From assembly GCA_951406725.2 (NCBI GenBank), contig OX597816.1, positions 75,268,001 to 75,332,000 on the forward strand: a DNA stretch of 64,000 bases, read 5' to 3'. The stretch is from Octopus vulgaris. Its lineage: Eukaryota. The notes beneath the pieces are model-generated. The model was not told the DNA's origin. It ran no database searches and worked only from the letters and a program-made list of their open reading frames with translations. Made by a program: the position numbers and the translations under genes. Positions 1 to 14,689 of this stretch are shown here, in pieces (positions within the stretch are counted from its first letter, which is position 1; each line of letters opens with the position of its first letter).

Positions 1-1678
1 ACACATGCATGTACACATACACATGCATGTGTGCACACACACACATACACACACACACACACAGAGGCATGGTAATGTATATACCATCAGCATCATCATT
101 TTACATCTGCACCAGTATCATCATCTTACATACTGATATGAGTTGCACATTGCATATTCAGTGTTGTTATTCTTTAAGATGGGTTAAAGGACCATGTCTC
201 ACTCATACATTCCATTTGTTTGGTAAGTATTGGACACCCTTTCTAACACCAGCCACTTTACAGAGTGTAGTGGGTGTGTTTTATCATTGCACCAACACTA
301 GAGAGGTTTGCTTGTACCTTGTACTCTGCACGACAGAAAGAGTTATCATTGTCTTATGTTGTCTCTGTTCATTTAAAGCAATTTGACCAAGTGGGTGAAT
401 AAAAGAGAGAATGATGACAAACATTGAACTAGAGTGAGAGGGTGAGAGAGGCAAAAATATGGCGGAAGAAATATGAATTAGGTTAAAAGGTAGTAGAAGA
501 GAGAGTAATGGAGAAGACTGTACCAGAGAGAATATGGAAGCGGTGAGTGACTGCAGTTATAGCAGGGTGTAATGGGAGAGACACAATGATGGCAACTGTA
601 TAATTGCTGATAAAAGAGAGAACGAGTGAGGAATAGTCATAGAGATAAATGATGGTATAAGTAGAATAATGGATATCAGTAAAGAGTGTCCTGGAAGAAA
701 AAGAGTCATGGCTAACATGAAGATGGAGTGTATGGAAATGAACAGATCCAATGCAGTCTTTCCCTCTTATAGATTGTGTTGGCAGATATGATTATTTGTT
801 CAAGCCCCACTACTGCCATTCCTATCTCTCCACTCCCACTCTCTCTCTCCTTTTTCCCTCCCTCCATCATGCTACATGGAGCAAGAGTGATAGGCATGGT
901 GAGGGGAGATAAATTACTGGTAGATATATTGGTGTCTCGCATTTTATAAGCTGTATGGTTCAGTGAATAGGAAAAAAGGTGAACTGAGAGAGGGTGAGTG
1001 ACAGAGGGGTGAAAAGATATCAAAAAAGATTGGAGAGGTAGCAGATGGGGGCTTAGCATGTACATAATGGCTGAAAGAATCAAATCTAGATATATACATT
1101 ACAATGTCTGTGTGTGCATATAAGTGTATGTACAATGTATAAAAGTGCATGTGCTCCTATATATATGCTGTGCCTCAAGAAGGAGCTAACAATGGACTGT
1201 GATGGCTGATGTTAAGCAATGCTGGATAAGACTTAGTCAGTCAAGCAAGTATGGCAAAGCAAACATTAAAATTGTGGTGTTTTATTTTGCCAGGCTTTCA
1301 TGGGTTGCTGAATTTTATCAAGCATTGCGTATTGATAATTGTCACTGCATTTATCAACACACACACACACACGCACACACACACACACTCAAACACACAC
1401 ACATCTATCAACACATATATGCATGCACCTATGTACCATACATGCATCCATATACCATCATCATCATCATCATCATCGTCATTACCATTGTCATCATCAT
1501 CACCATCATCAATTACTGTTCACTTTTCAATGCTTGCATGGGTCATAAATAGTATACATATATATATATATATGTGTGGATGTACTATTAAATTATTATC
1601 TAGTATATTCCCGGTTATGGCATATATATATGTGTGTGTAAATAGATATAGAGATATATATACATACATACTTACAAG

Positions 1679-1734
<56 letters not shown>

Positions 1735-1814
1735 CACACACACATACATGCATGAATATATATATGTATGTATTATATTGTCGACTAATGTATTCCAGGT
1801 TATGGTGAATATAC

Positions 1815-1873
<59 letters not shown>

Positions 1874-1955
1874 CACACATGCATATCTGTGTTTGTGTTG
1901 TGTGGTGTGGTATGGTGGTGATGGTGTGTGTGTATGAGTGTGTGTGTGTGTGTGT

Positions 1956-2024
<69 letters not shown>

Positions 2025-2930
2025 TTTCTTTGCAATTTTAGGCATAACTTAATTTCGAATTTAAGAAACAAAAGGGCATAAAAGGAAACAAGCAGATTAC
2101 ATCTTCATATGGATCTATAAGAAATGACCAACGACTGACTCCCAGTCATCAGGTTTATAGACATACAACAAAAAAGTACCTTTCATACTCAAGAGAAATA
2201 ATACTTCTAAAAACTATAACTGAATACAACAGTATGTGGAGTGTTTTAAATAGCTAACATGATTCTCCCTCCCTCTGTAATTGTATATGTGTTTTTTGTG
2301 TGGTTGTGTATGTGTAAGTACATGTGTGTGTGTGTGTACATGCTTGTGTATGCATGTAATTGTGTGTGTATTAAACAAGATTCCAGATCAATTTTATGCT
2401 GACTGTTGGTTTTCATTTATTCTCTCCTCTACCCTGCCTTACCACACTCTTTCTCCCTGTTTCTCCATCTCTCTTTCTTTCTCTCTCTCCCATCCCCTTC
2501 TTTCCCCTCCTCTCTCTTTCTCTCTCTCTCCCTCATCCTTGTCTTTATTCCCTTCCTCTTCCACCTCTCTCTCTTTGTGCATACAGACACACACACACAC
2601 ACACACACATGTATCCCTTCCTCCTGTCCTCCCTCTCATTCTATTTCTATATTCTTTCCCTTTTTCCCTCATTTCATCTAGCTACCACTACCAAGACCAG
2701 GCTGGAGCCCGCCTTCACAGCTGACTTCAGTGTTATCATTGTGTGTGTCAAGAAACGCGGCTTTTGTTGTATTTTTGGTATACGTGGCATCTCCCTTTGG
2801 TGATTTAACAAACTGGTACAGGCTGCACTCCCTTGGTTAAGTCCTTGATACATTTCAGATAAATTATGTATCTAGGTAATATACTTTGAAAGTACCATGG
2901 TAAAGTGTCGTTGAATATAATGCACACACA

Positions 2931-2963
<33 letters not shown>

Positions 2964-2988
2964 GCACACACACACACACACACATATA

Positions 2989-3021
<33 letters not shown>

Positions 3022-3045
3022 GCACACACACACACACACATATAT

Positions 3046-3095
<50 letters not shown>

Positions 3096-3099
3096 TGGC

Positions 3100-3460
3100 A
3101 CAGGTTTTTCAGTCCCATTTGCTGGCTCTTTGGACAAGTGTCTTCAACTATTGTCTCAGCCTGACCAAACTCTGGTAGATGGAAACTGAAAGGAATCCAT
3201 CATATGTGTGTGTGTGTGTGTGCATGCGTGTGCGTGTGTGTGTGTTTCCGTGTGTGTGTGTGTCTGTGTCTGTGTGTGTCTGTGTGTGTTAGTCCCACAC
3301 CACCGTTTCACAACCTGGGCTGGTGTGTATGTGTACTCAGACCAAAAGAAAAAGTATCAGGCTTAGGAAAATAAGGTTGATGTGTTCAGTTAAAATTCTT
3401 CAAGGTGGTGCCCCAGCATGGCCACAGCCTAAATGACTGAGACACATAAAAGATAACAGA
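3100..3460 (+). mobile_element. tRNA-derived SINE family A, diverged copy
   Basis: Matches the better copy at 9557-9950 (cagtccca...ggacaagtgtctt...gatggaaactgaaag...(GT)n...ccagcatggccacag...aatgactga). Confidence 0.7.
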
Positions 3461-3644
3461 TAAAAGTTATATATATAATTTATATTTTCAGTTTATTAGA
3501 CCATGGGAATGTAGTCAACCTCAGCACTTATTTTTAAACCTGATACATATTTTGTTGAGCCCTTTTTGCCAAACTGCAAAAGGAGATTGATTGTTTATAT
3601 TCATTTGACATAAACAAAACAACACCAATTACCCAGTGGTGGAA

Positions 3645-3930
3645 GGTATGGCTGTGTGGTAAAAAGCTTGCTGCCCTACCACATGGTTCTGGGTGCAGTC
3701 CCGCTGTGTTGTGCCTTTGACACGTGTGTTCTACTATAGCCCTTGGGCAAACGAAAGCCTTGTGAGTGGACTTGATAGATGGAAACTGAGTTCAAATTCC
3801 ACCAAGGTCGACTTTGCTTTTATCCTTTAGGGGTTGATAAATTAAGTACCAGCCAAGTACTGGGGTCGATGTGATCGATTGTCCCACTCCTTACAAAAAT
3901 CCAGGCCTTGTGCCTATAGTAGAAAGGATT
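3645..3930 (+). mobile_element. Chimeric SINE: family A head fused to family B body
   Basis: Family A head up to ggaaactga (about 3789), then gagttcaaattccaccaaggtcgactttgc...gataaattaagtaccag of family B. Confidence 0.7.
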
Positions 3931-4078
3931 AGACTGTGACAATGCTAGGGCATGGCCTTGGAAGATTTTAGCCAAACAAATCAAACCCAGCCTGTTGTAT
4001 ACATACATACATACATACATACATACATACATACATACATACATACATACATACATACATACATACATACAAACATAC

Positions 4079-4145
<67 letters not shown>

Positions 4146-4171
4146 TTTATACATACATATATATATATATA

Positions 4172-5573
4172 TAGTTGGAATTTACAAAAAAACAAAAACA
4201 AAGCAAGAGATGAAGATGGGTGTGTAAACAACAATCAGATGTATTAGTTTACCACTCAGGAAGTGAGAAAGTCTTTTATGTTTTGAGCCTATGCTCTTCA
4301 ACAGAAAGGAACACAGAAATAAACAGAGAGAGAAAATAAAAAAGGTTTAATGGCTAGTGATTAATCAGGGCGAAGGCCGGACAGAAGTGGTCAAACAGGA
4401 GAGCTAGGAAGGAGGGGAGATAAAAAAATAGTAGTGGTGATCCCAAAATGAAGGTGCACATGCGTGTGTAGGTGAGGGCATGTATGTGTGTGTGGATAGG
4501 GGCTAGTGACCTTGATGTGTGCATGTGTATGTGTGTGGATGATAGTGTGGGTGCTAGTGTATGCGGGGTGATGTGATGTGGTGTGGTGTAGTGTGGTATG
4601 GTGTTGTGTGGTGTGGTGGTGTGTGGTGTGGTGGTGTTGGAGTGTGGGGGAGACGAGTGGAGGGAAGCAAGGGTGGGTATGTGGGAGTGGGATGTGAGGG
4701 TGGGGTGGGGTATGTGGCAGTGGGATGGGGTGGAGGTGGGATGGGAATGTGTAGGGGTAGGGTAATGATGGAGTGCGTGATGATGAAGGGAGAGGGTGGA
4801 AGGGAGAAGGTGTGTAGGAGTGAAGAGAGGAAGTAGGTGCCAGAACAAGAGAGGAGAGGTGGGAGGGAGTGAAGGGAGGAAATAGGTGTAAGAGGAAGAG
4901 AGGTGAGAGGAGGGGGTTAGATGAAGAGGGGAGGAGAGTTGAGCCCATGAGGCGCAAAGGAGCAAAGAGAGAAGATTAATTTTGTGGGCTCATTTGAAGG
5001 AGGGAAGGGGTCAGTTAGGGAAGATATGCGAAGTGGAGGGGTTAGACTGGAGTCACCAGAAGGCTTGGAGAATGGTGCGTTGGAGAGATAGGGTGGAGGG
5101 GTGGTGGGTGAGGAGAAACAAGAGACAGGTGACGGCAGGGTGGGTGTGAGGAGAGAGAACAGATACACGGTCCATGGAACGTGCTCTGGCAAGGGTAGTG
5201 TGGATAGTGGTGAGGGGATATCCACGTAGGATGAAGTGGCGAGTTGAGACTGAGTCTTGGTTATCACTGCAGAGCCTGCACAGACGGAGGAATTGGGAAT
5301 AGGGGATAGAGAGCTTGGTGTGTTTATGGTGGGAGGAGGAGATGTTGAGGTAGGAGTGTGAGTCTGTGTGTTTGTAGTCGATGGAGGTGGTGAAAGTGGA
5401 GTGATGATGCTGACTGAAATGTCGAGAAAGGGAACGGAAATGTCGGAAATAGTGCAGAAGTGGAAGGCAGGATGGAAAGATTGGACAAAAGAGAGGAAGG
5501 AGTATAGTTCAGGAGTGGGACCAGTGAAACTTGAGAATATTTGGGTCTCAATGTAGCCAACAAACAGGTTCAC
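4172..5573 (-). mobile_element. Penelope-like element (PLE) relic: RT C-terminal/thumb region, linker, end of GIY-YIG ORF, and pseudo-LTR
   Basis: Minus-strand translation across frameshifts gives NLFVGYIE...SFHPAFHF..SVPFLDISV..YKHTDSHSYL..SSHHKHTKLSIPYSQFLRLCRLCS..RGYP, then HPS..LQRTILQAFW*LQSNPSTSHIFP and LIFSLCSFAPHGLNS, all typical PLE motifs. YIDD and most of the GIY-YIG are deleted. A hammerhead-like motif lies at about 4271-4310. Confidence 0.85.
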
Positions 5574-5784
5574 ATATCTATGTATTTTTGTGTTTGTGCT
5601 TGCCTCCCCACCACCACCACTTGATAACTGGTGTTGTTTTGTTTATGTCTATGTAACTTGGTGGCTCAGCAAAGAGACAAAGAGAAGAAGTATCAGGCTT
5701 AGGAAGAAAGAAAAGGAGAATACTGGGTTTGATTGGTTTGGCTACAACCCTCCAAGGCCATGCCCTAGCATTGTCACAGTCTAA

Positions 5785-5995
5785 TCCTTTCTACTATAGG
5801 CACAAGGCCTGGATTTTTGTGGGAAGGGTGACAATCGATCACATCGACACCAGTACTTGACTGGTACTTAATTTATCGACCCCAAAAGGATGAAAGGCAA
5901 AGTTGACCTTGGCGAAATTTGAACTCAGAATGTAGCAGCAGACAAAATACCGCTAAGCATTCCACTTGGTATGCTAACAATTCTGCCAGCTCTCA
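5785..5995 (-). mobile_element. tRNA-derived SINE family B inserted in a family A 3' module
   Basis: Reverse complement of the 16457-16672 copy; interrupts cagtctaat|...aatgaaacaagtaa. Confidence 0.75.
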
Positions 5996-7153
5996 ACTTA
6001 ATGAAACAAGTAAGAGATAAAAGATGAAAAAATAAGTATGTGTGTATGTCTTTGATATAACTTTAAACTGCATCCAGTAGTGGAGCTCTTTTCTTGATAG
6101 TTTCAAGGTTTTGAGGAGTGTGGAACCACCTCATAACCACTGCCATTCCCAGGTCTGCTTTGACCTGGTGAAGTAGTACCTCTTGGGGATCCCAGGTATG
6201 GGTTAACTAGCATATGTGATGACAATCCATCTGAGTGTTGGGACACAGAAGTAACTTTGGTTGGTGTCAGGGCATGCAATAAAACTACCGAGAGTGAGGG
6301 TTCCCTAGATTTTGTCACAGCATCCTTCTAGGAGAGAAACACTCTGTCATAAAACCTGTGGTTTCACATGATTACTAGTTATTACACTTTGACCTGTCAC
6401 CACTAGCAGGGTGGTCTGCCCCGAGTGGCACTTTTATGGAGGAAGCACCACTTTTGGGTCTGCTGTAGGCAATATGTATTTTTTGTTGGGGCCCAAGGGC
6501 AGCAAACTGAAGGATCACCCAGGGCAACACACACGCTAGCTACACTAGTGCACCAGGCACTAATAACAGAAACTCAGAGAGAGGTATTTGAATTGTATAA
6601 GCATTTATCACTCTAATACAGTGAGGTAAAGTTATGTCTTTGTGGTGACTTCATTTGTCATCCATTTACTGAAAGTCCTATAGCAATAGAGAAGTAGCAA
6701 TTTGTGCAGACCTGATCAGTTTGGAAGTGCACAGTAAGTTACAACTTTCATCTGTCTCCTACACTCAGAACTATGTACATCTGCAATGGGACAAAATAGC
6801 CAGCTGAGAGCTCATGGACAGAAAGTTAGAAATGCTCTTGATAACAAAGAAGCACAAAGGGACAGCAGCCCTCTGCGAAAATGGGGCAATGTGTGTGTGT
6901 GTGTGTGTGTACACACAAGAATGAATTGGTAGCATGTAACATGATGCCACTAATTGATTCAGGTGTTGCTGTGAGAAGACCCTTGCAGCTTTCCTACCTT
7001 TCTGCTTGTGGAACATTGTGGTTGTGACAGCTGGGAAGAGACAGGAGTGTATCAGTGCTCAGCTGAGTAAACTGGAGCAATATGAAGTGTCATGCCTTGC
7101 TCAAGAATACAATATGCTACCTAATTAATGACTGAACAATGTACCATAAATGT

Positions 7154-7236
<83 letters not shown>

Positions 7237-7287
7237 ATGCACGCACACACACGTACACACACATACACACATAACTATGTATATATA

Positions 7288-8690
<1,403 letters not shown>

Positions 8691-9224
8691 TCTGTGCCCC
8701 ACCCTCTCTCTCTATATATACATATACATGAAAATTGGTTCGGAGGTTTAAAATGCATCTGAATCTTAAAACAAATTGTAGATGTAAATTTTTTTCCACT
8801 GGTAAATAAAATACAAGATAAAAGTTTAAAAGTGTATAGGAGAAAATTCCATAGTGATAAAATATGTGCAAAACTCAAATGTCATGCAAATACGAATATT
8901 CAACAAATTTCACAATAATTGGAAATGATAAAAGTTCAAATATTTGATAAATTTCACAACAATAATACATGATTGAGGGTTTCCAGGCAGTAACTGACCA
9001 GTACACTAGGCTACTGCTGAACCAAAACAAGTGGTAAATAAATGCTACATTCAGTCAACCAGCCAGAACAACTAAGCACAGGCAGACTAAAACAAATGGT
9101 GCCATTGAGTTAGTAACCAATCAAGACTTGAACCTGTATCTTAAAATCTTCATCTACAAAGCAATATCAACTTGAAACAGTTCAATTTACAGAACTTGTC
9201 AAAAAAATAGTTCTTTTTTTTTTT

Positions 9225-9420
9225 ATTCTTTTATTTGTTTCAGTCATTTGATTGCAGCCTTGCTGGAGCACCACCTTTAGTCAAATAAATCAACCCCAGG
9301 ACTTATTCTTTGTAAGCCTAGTACTTATTCTATTGGTCTCTTTGCCAAACCGCTAAGTTGCAGGGGCGTAAACACACCAACATTGGTTGTCAAGTGATGC
9401 TGAGGGGACAAACACAGACA
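9225..9420 (-). mobile_element. SINE family A 3' module
   Basis: Reverse complement of about 9730-9935. Confidence 0.8.
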
Positions 9421-9556
9421 CACAAATACACCCCCCCCACACACACAACAACAGACAGATACATACACATACATGCCCACATACACACTTACACATGCCT
9501 GTGTATATGTAGTGAGGTATTTCCTAAGAATATTTAGTGTATACTCTTCAACAAAA

Positions 9557-9950
9557 AGGAGTGGCTGTGTGGTAAGTAGCTTGCTTACCAACCACATGGT
9601 TCCAGGTTCAGTCCCACTGCATGGCACCTTGGGCAAGTAATATAGCCTTGGGCCAACCAAAGCCTTGTGAGTGGATTTGGTAGACGGAAACTTAAAGAAG
9701 CCCACTGTATATGTGCATGTGCGTGTGTGTGTGTGTCTGTGTTTGTCCCTCCCCACCAACATTGCTTGACATCTGATGCTGGTGTGTGTATGTCCCCGTA
9801 ACTTAGCGGTTCCGCAGAAAGAGTCTGATAGAATAAGTACTGGGCTTACAAAGAATAAGTCCTGTGATCGATTTGCTCGACTAAAAGGTGCTGCTCCTGC
9901 ATGGCCACAGTTAAATGATTGAAACAAGTAAAATAATAAAAGAATAAAAG
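9557..9950 (+). mobile_element. tRNA-derived SINE family A, near full length
   Basis: A box tggctgtgtgg, B box ggttcagtccc, CORE-like ccttgggcaagt, internal (GT)n, 3' module and A-rich tail; many copies in this window. Confidence 0.85.
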
Positions 9951-10833
9951 AATAAGAGAGATGGCTAGCCTATCATCACTCTATAAAACCATGATTACTG
10001 TACTGAATTTTATGCATAGTACATATACTACGCATAAACCAATGAAATTGCATATGCCTGCACTAACAAATAACTTCACACTGATTTTTGAGCTCAGGGA
10101 GAAGCCTCCTTGAAGATCAGAATTTTTGTTGCATGCCTAAGAACTTCTGTTTAAATGTCTAGGGTGCTAAAGAATAGGGGTTAAGAAATCAGACACTGAA
10201 AATCACTTATATCAAACTGGGGGAACATAGAGCTTGGTGTCATGTGCTGTAACAGTGTAGCGCTACATCCTCCATTTCTTGGTGATTTCCTACTACTCCT
10301 GGCAGATGACACTTCTGCACCAATCAATCAACAACCCTCCATCCCATGGATCTATTTGGGTACTCATTGCTGGTGAAGATTTTACCAGGTCAGAGTACAA
10401 ATCTTACATCAGCCTCTTTTAGTCACCTTTTATGACACACAGAGGAAATAGGTCTACTTTTTGACATGTCAGTCCCCACAGAGCATATAGAGTGATGTTT
10501 ACTATTAATGTTTTAAAATAGATGGTATGTTCATCCATTGATGAAGTCTGGTTACCTTTCTAATGCTATTGTTAAGCTTATTTTAAATTTTCATGCTGAT
10601 CAGTCCTATCTCTTTTGTTGGGTTAATAAGCCTTCAGTTTTTTTTATATTTGTAGTCAGAGCTTGTTGTTCTCATACTGAGCTAGACATAGCAACCTATT
10701 TTCTAATTTCACTTTCTAGACTATGTTTCAGCTTCCATATTTATACTGACAGACTTACTATAATTGTTATTAATGATACTAATTAGCTATATATATATGT
10801 ATATGTGTGTGTGTGAGAGTGTATATATGTATG

Positions 10834-10906
<73 letters not shown>

Positions 10907-12444
10907 GTATATGTATGAGATATTTTCTACTTGATATACATTTTTGGCATTAACAGAGGTATAAACTAAATATATCTGGAATATAATATTATATATTATA
11001 TATATCATCATCATCATCATCGTTTAACGTCCGTTTTTCCATGCTAGCATGGGTTGGACGGATAGCATGGGTTATGCAAATATATAGATATATAGTTATT
11101 AGATATATATGTGTGTGTGTGGACATATATGCATATGTGTGTGAAAGTCAGAATCTATGTATACATGTATATATGTGCAGGAATGCATGCATACCTACTC
11201 ACTTGCATATATGCATACACATACACGCATAAAGGCAAACGTACATACATACATACATACAAACATACATACATACACATGCATACATATATGTATATAT
11301 ATACACACATACATACATGCATGTATGCATGCATGCATGCATACATACATACATACATACATACATACATACATACATACATACATACATACATACATAC
11401 ATACATACATACATGCATGCATGCATGCATAAAAACATACATATATGCATACATACCTAGGGAATAGTAGATCTACTGGTATTTGTAACCAGTACTAAAT
11501 TTCTAAATAAATTAAAACTTACTAGATACTTAAAACTGTCATAATTATCTGTCATAATTTGCCCAACTTCACTGTGGACAGGTAAAAAGGGATCAATTGG
11601 ACATTATCATTTATGTAATCAGCTATTGATTACCCTTCATTAACTACCACTGAAAAATTGTATCTAAAGTCACTATTAAAATAATTCAGGTAGATTGATT
11701 TAAATATTTGACATATTTTTAGCTGTAGGCTCTGTTATATAAATTACTGACGTGTCAACAACATTCATATTTCATACTGTCACTGCATCCATAAATTATT
11801 TAAAATTTACTTGATACATAAATTATTTAAAATATACTCAATACTCATAAAACTGCTCCATGGACAGGAAAAAGTTTAGTTATAAGTATAACCAGTGTGC
11901 ATTAGACTTACTATAAAACTGTATTTAAAGTGTAGCTTTAAAGTATAAAACAGTATTTAAAGTGTAGCTTTAAATACAGTATTAGGGTAGGAGTTAATAG
12001 TGAAACTAATTGCTGATGAAGGCATAATAATACTAAAAAAGACAGCATCACATCAATCCATCTTTCCCTTTCAAAAATAAGGTTGTATAAATATGACAAA
12101 CATTTACAAATGTATCTAGTAAATTTTAATTTTTCAATTAGCAAATTTTAATTTACAAATGCAGTGAAGAGAGAGATAAGTTATATTAAATCTCTGAGCG
12201 AGAGATAAACAGTAACAATACAGAATCATAAAATATATTTGCCAACTAAACATGGTGGTCTTATAGAGGATGATGTTACTGTTGTTTTTAGTCCCAGGAA
12301 GACATCTCTTCCAGCTGGCCAATGACACACAGCCTGTGTCCATTTAGTATTTGTGAGGGAGGTCATTGCTCTCATCACTAGGTCACCACTAGCCAGTGAT
12401 TAACACACAGTGAAGATGGGTAATTACCCAGAAATTCGGGTCTG

Positions 12445-12810
12445 TGATGTGGGTGATATCTTCAGTGTAAACTCCACAAAGTCTGCATTGGTTGTCACAT
12501 TTTACAGCTTTTCCTGCATCTATCCCTTTTGTGCATCAGGTACTTGGTTGATATTTCCTGTTCCTGGATTGCAAACGCATACCCTTCAAAGTGGGAGGTA
12601 ATAATCTGGCTATTCATCCATGATAAACTGCTTTGATGATCTCTGTTACTATCATCACGGAGTTTTCTGCTAACACATCCATGCATAGCCTTCTGCACAT
12701 ATAGGCTCATCCTTTCATCTGATATGTTGCAGTAGAGTTCTGACTTCTTTGGGCATGTATTCTAGGTTATCAGTCAAAGAGTGTTGCTCAAGGAGCTGCC
12801 TTCCAAGTCT
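12445..12810 (-). mobile_element. R4/Dong-like RLE LINE fragment (linker and CCHC knuckle)
   Basis: KAMHG...SLSWMNSQIITSHFEGYAFAIQEQEISTKYL...QCRLCGVYTEDITHI. Confidence 0.8.
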
Positions 12811-13009
12811 ATTTTTCTCTTTCTCTCTCACTCTGACTGTCTCTCTATTCTTCCCTTTAACTTTCTCCCTTCTTCCTTCTCCTTTCTTGTCCTACTGGGG
12901 TAGCCAAGTATCTCCTCTATAGTAAAACAACTATCTTTGTCTCTCTATTATATTCTAGCCTCTTACCTAGCACACAGTCTCATCCTTCAGTTCCACTCCC
13001 TTTCTCAAC

Positions 13010-13325
13010 TAAGAGGTCCTGCAAGCTACTGGGTGACTCTGCTGGTGCTGGCACCACATAAAAAGCACCTGCACCAATGCCAAATAAAAAGTACCAGTGC
13101 CAGTACAACATAAAAAGCACCTGTGCTGGTACCACATAAAAAGCACTTGTGCCGGTGCCATGTAAAAAGCACCCAGTACACTCTGTAAAGTGGTTGGCAT
13201 TGGGAAGAGAATCCAGCCATAGAAACTATGTCAAAGCAGTCAGTTGGAGCCTGGTACAGCTCTCCTGCTATCCAGCTCCTATCAAACCAACTAATCCATG
13301 CCAGTATGGAAAACAGACATTAAAG
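13010..13325 (+). mobile_element. RTE 3'UTR/tail module with short tandem units
   Basis: About five ~26 bp units ending aaaaagcacc, then gtggttggcattgggaag...ccatgccagtatggaaaacagacattaaa. Confidence 0.75.
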
Positions 13326-13753
13326 CAGTGGTTCCCAACAGTGATTTTCAACCCTTTTATTTAAATGAATTTCCCCAGAGACCCTTTGGAATGTGCTTAT
13401 TCTTATGTGTTTCTATATATCTTATACATATACATATAGTCAAAATAAGCAACAATGATATCCAGAGGTAATGCAGTACGATCGTTTCATGCGACTCCAT
13501 TTAATTGAACAATGCAAATATTACATCAATTTTTAAAATGTAGAGCAATCTTCAGCTGCATAAAAATATAGAATTTAGTTAAATTCGAAGGATTCATTTG
13601 TATAGTTTTCTTATTATCCAAAATCACAAAAAGCATAGGTAGATAGACATTTTGAATTATATGGATAATAGCATACTAAATTCTGATGCCTTTAACTTAA
13701 GTACCTTATTCAACTGAATCTGAATTTTACGGACCTCAGGCTAGGAACTATTG
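13326..13753. mobile_element. hAT-like MITE with 8 bp TSD
   Basis: Ends cagtggttcccaa / ctaggaactattg; perfect TSD cattaaag at 13318-13325 and 13754-13761. Confidence 0.8.
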
Positions 13754-14120
13754 CATTAAAGGAAGATAATTAGGAGGAGCAGGAGGAGGAGGATGATATA
13801 TGTATAGAACTTTTAGTTTCTGTTGTTTTTCAGACATTAGACTATGACCATAATGAGGAATCTTTGAAGAATTTTAGGCAAACAAATCAACCTCAATACT
13901 TTTTTTTAGCTTGGTACTTACTCTATCAGTGTCTTGGTATGTTTACAGGAATGTAAACATACAAACACTGGTTGTCAAGTTGTGGTGGGGACAACAACAG
14001 ACAAAAACGAAGCACACACACACACACACACATATACACACATAAAGAGGCCTGTTGTGTATAATTTACATATTCTTTTACTATTTTTTTCTTTAACTCA
14101 TTTCAGTCATGCAGCTGCAG

Positions 14121-14166
<46 letters not shown>

Positions 14167-14236
14167 AAGCCCATTGTTTATATATACATACAGATATATA
14201 TATATGTGTGTGTGTATGTGTGTGTGTGTGTGTGTG

Positions 14237-14299
<63 letters not shown>

Positions 14300-14333
14300 G
14301 TATATCTATATATGTATATATATATATATATAT

Positions 14334-14375
<42 letters not shown>

Positions 14376-14377
14376 CT

Positions 14378-14420
<43 letters not shown>

Positions 14421-14573
14421 CAATTGACTGCTTTCAGTTTCCATCTACCAAATCCAGTCCAAAAACTTTGGACAGCTGGTGGCTATAATAGAGGACACTA
14501 GGACACTATTCTGAACCCAGAACCATGTGACTAGGAGCAAACGTCTTTCACATAGATACATACATATAGGCAT

Positions 14574-14620
<47 letters not shown>

Positions 14621-14689
14621 TACATACATACATACATACATACATACATACATACATACACTGACATATATATGTATATATATCATCAT

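Noticed and set aside
380-1100. Purine-rich stretch with several minus-strand ORFs
   Set aside because: No convincing motif; possibly a very old retroelement but unsupported.
2105-2160. Minus-strand CTGATGA followed by a short stem
   Set aside because: The GAAA half of the hammerhead core is missing.
1199-3189. Long His/Thr, Tyr/Ile and Cys/Val-rich ORFs (also at 11.1, 22.4-24.7 and 29.5 kb)
   Set aside because: Stop-free translations of (CA)n, (TA)n and (TACA)n microsatellites.
4354-4965. Pro/His/Thr-rich ~200 aa ORFs
   Set aside because: Low-complexity 3' region of the Penelope-like element.
9557-9630. tRNA-like sequences (also at 16457 and 55480)
   Set aside because: SINE heads with A/B boxes and no complete cloverleaf.
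13040-13175. Regularly spaced short repeats resembling a CRISPR array
   Set aside because: Eukaryotic context, no unique spacers and no cas genes; these are RTE 3'UTR tandem units.
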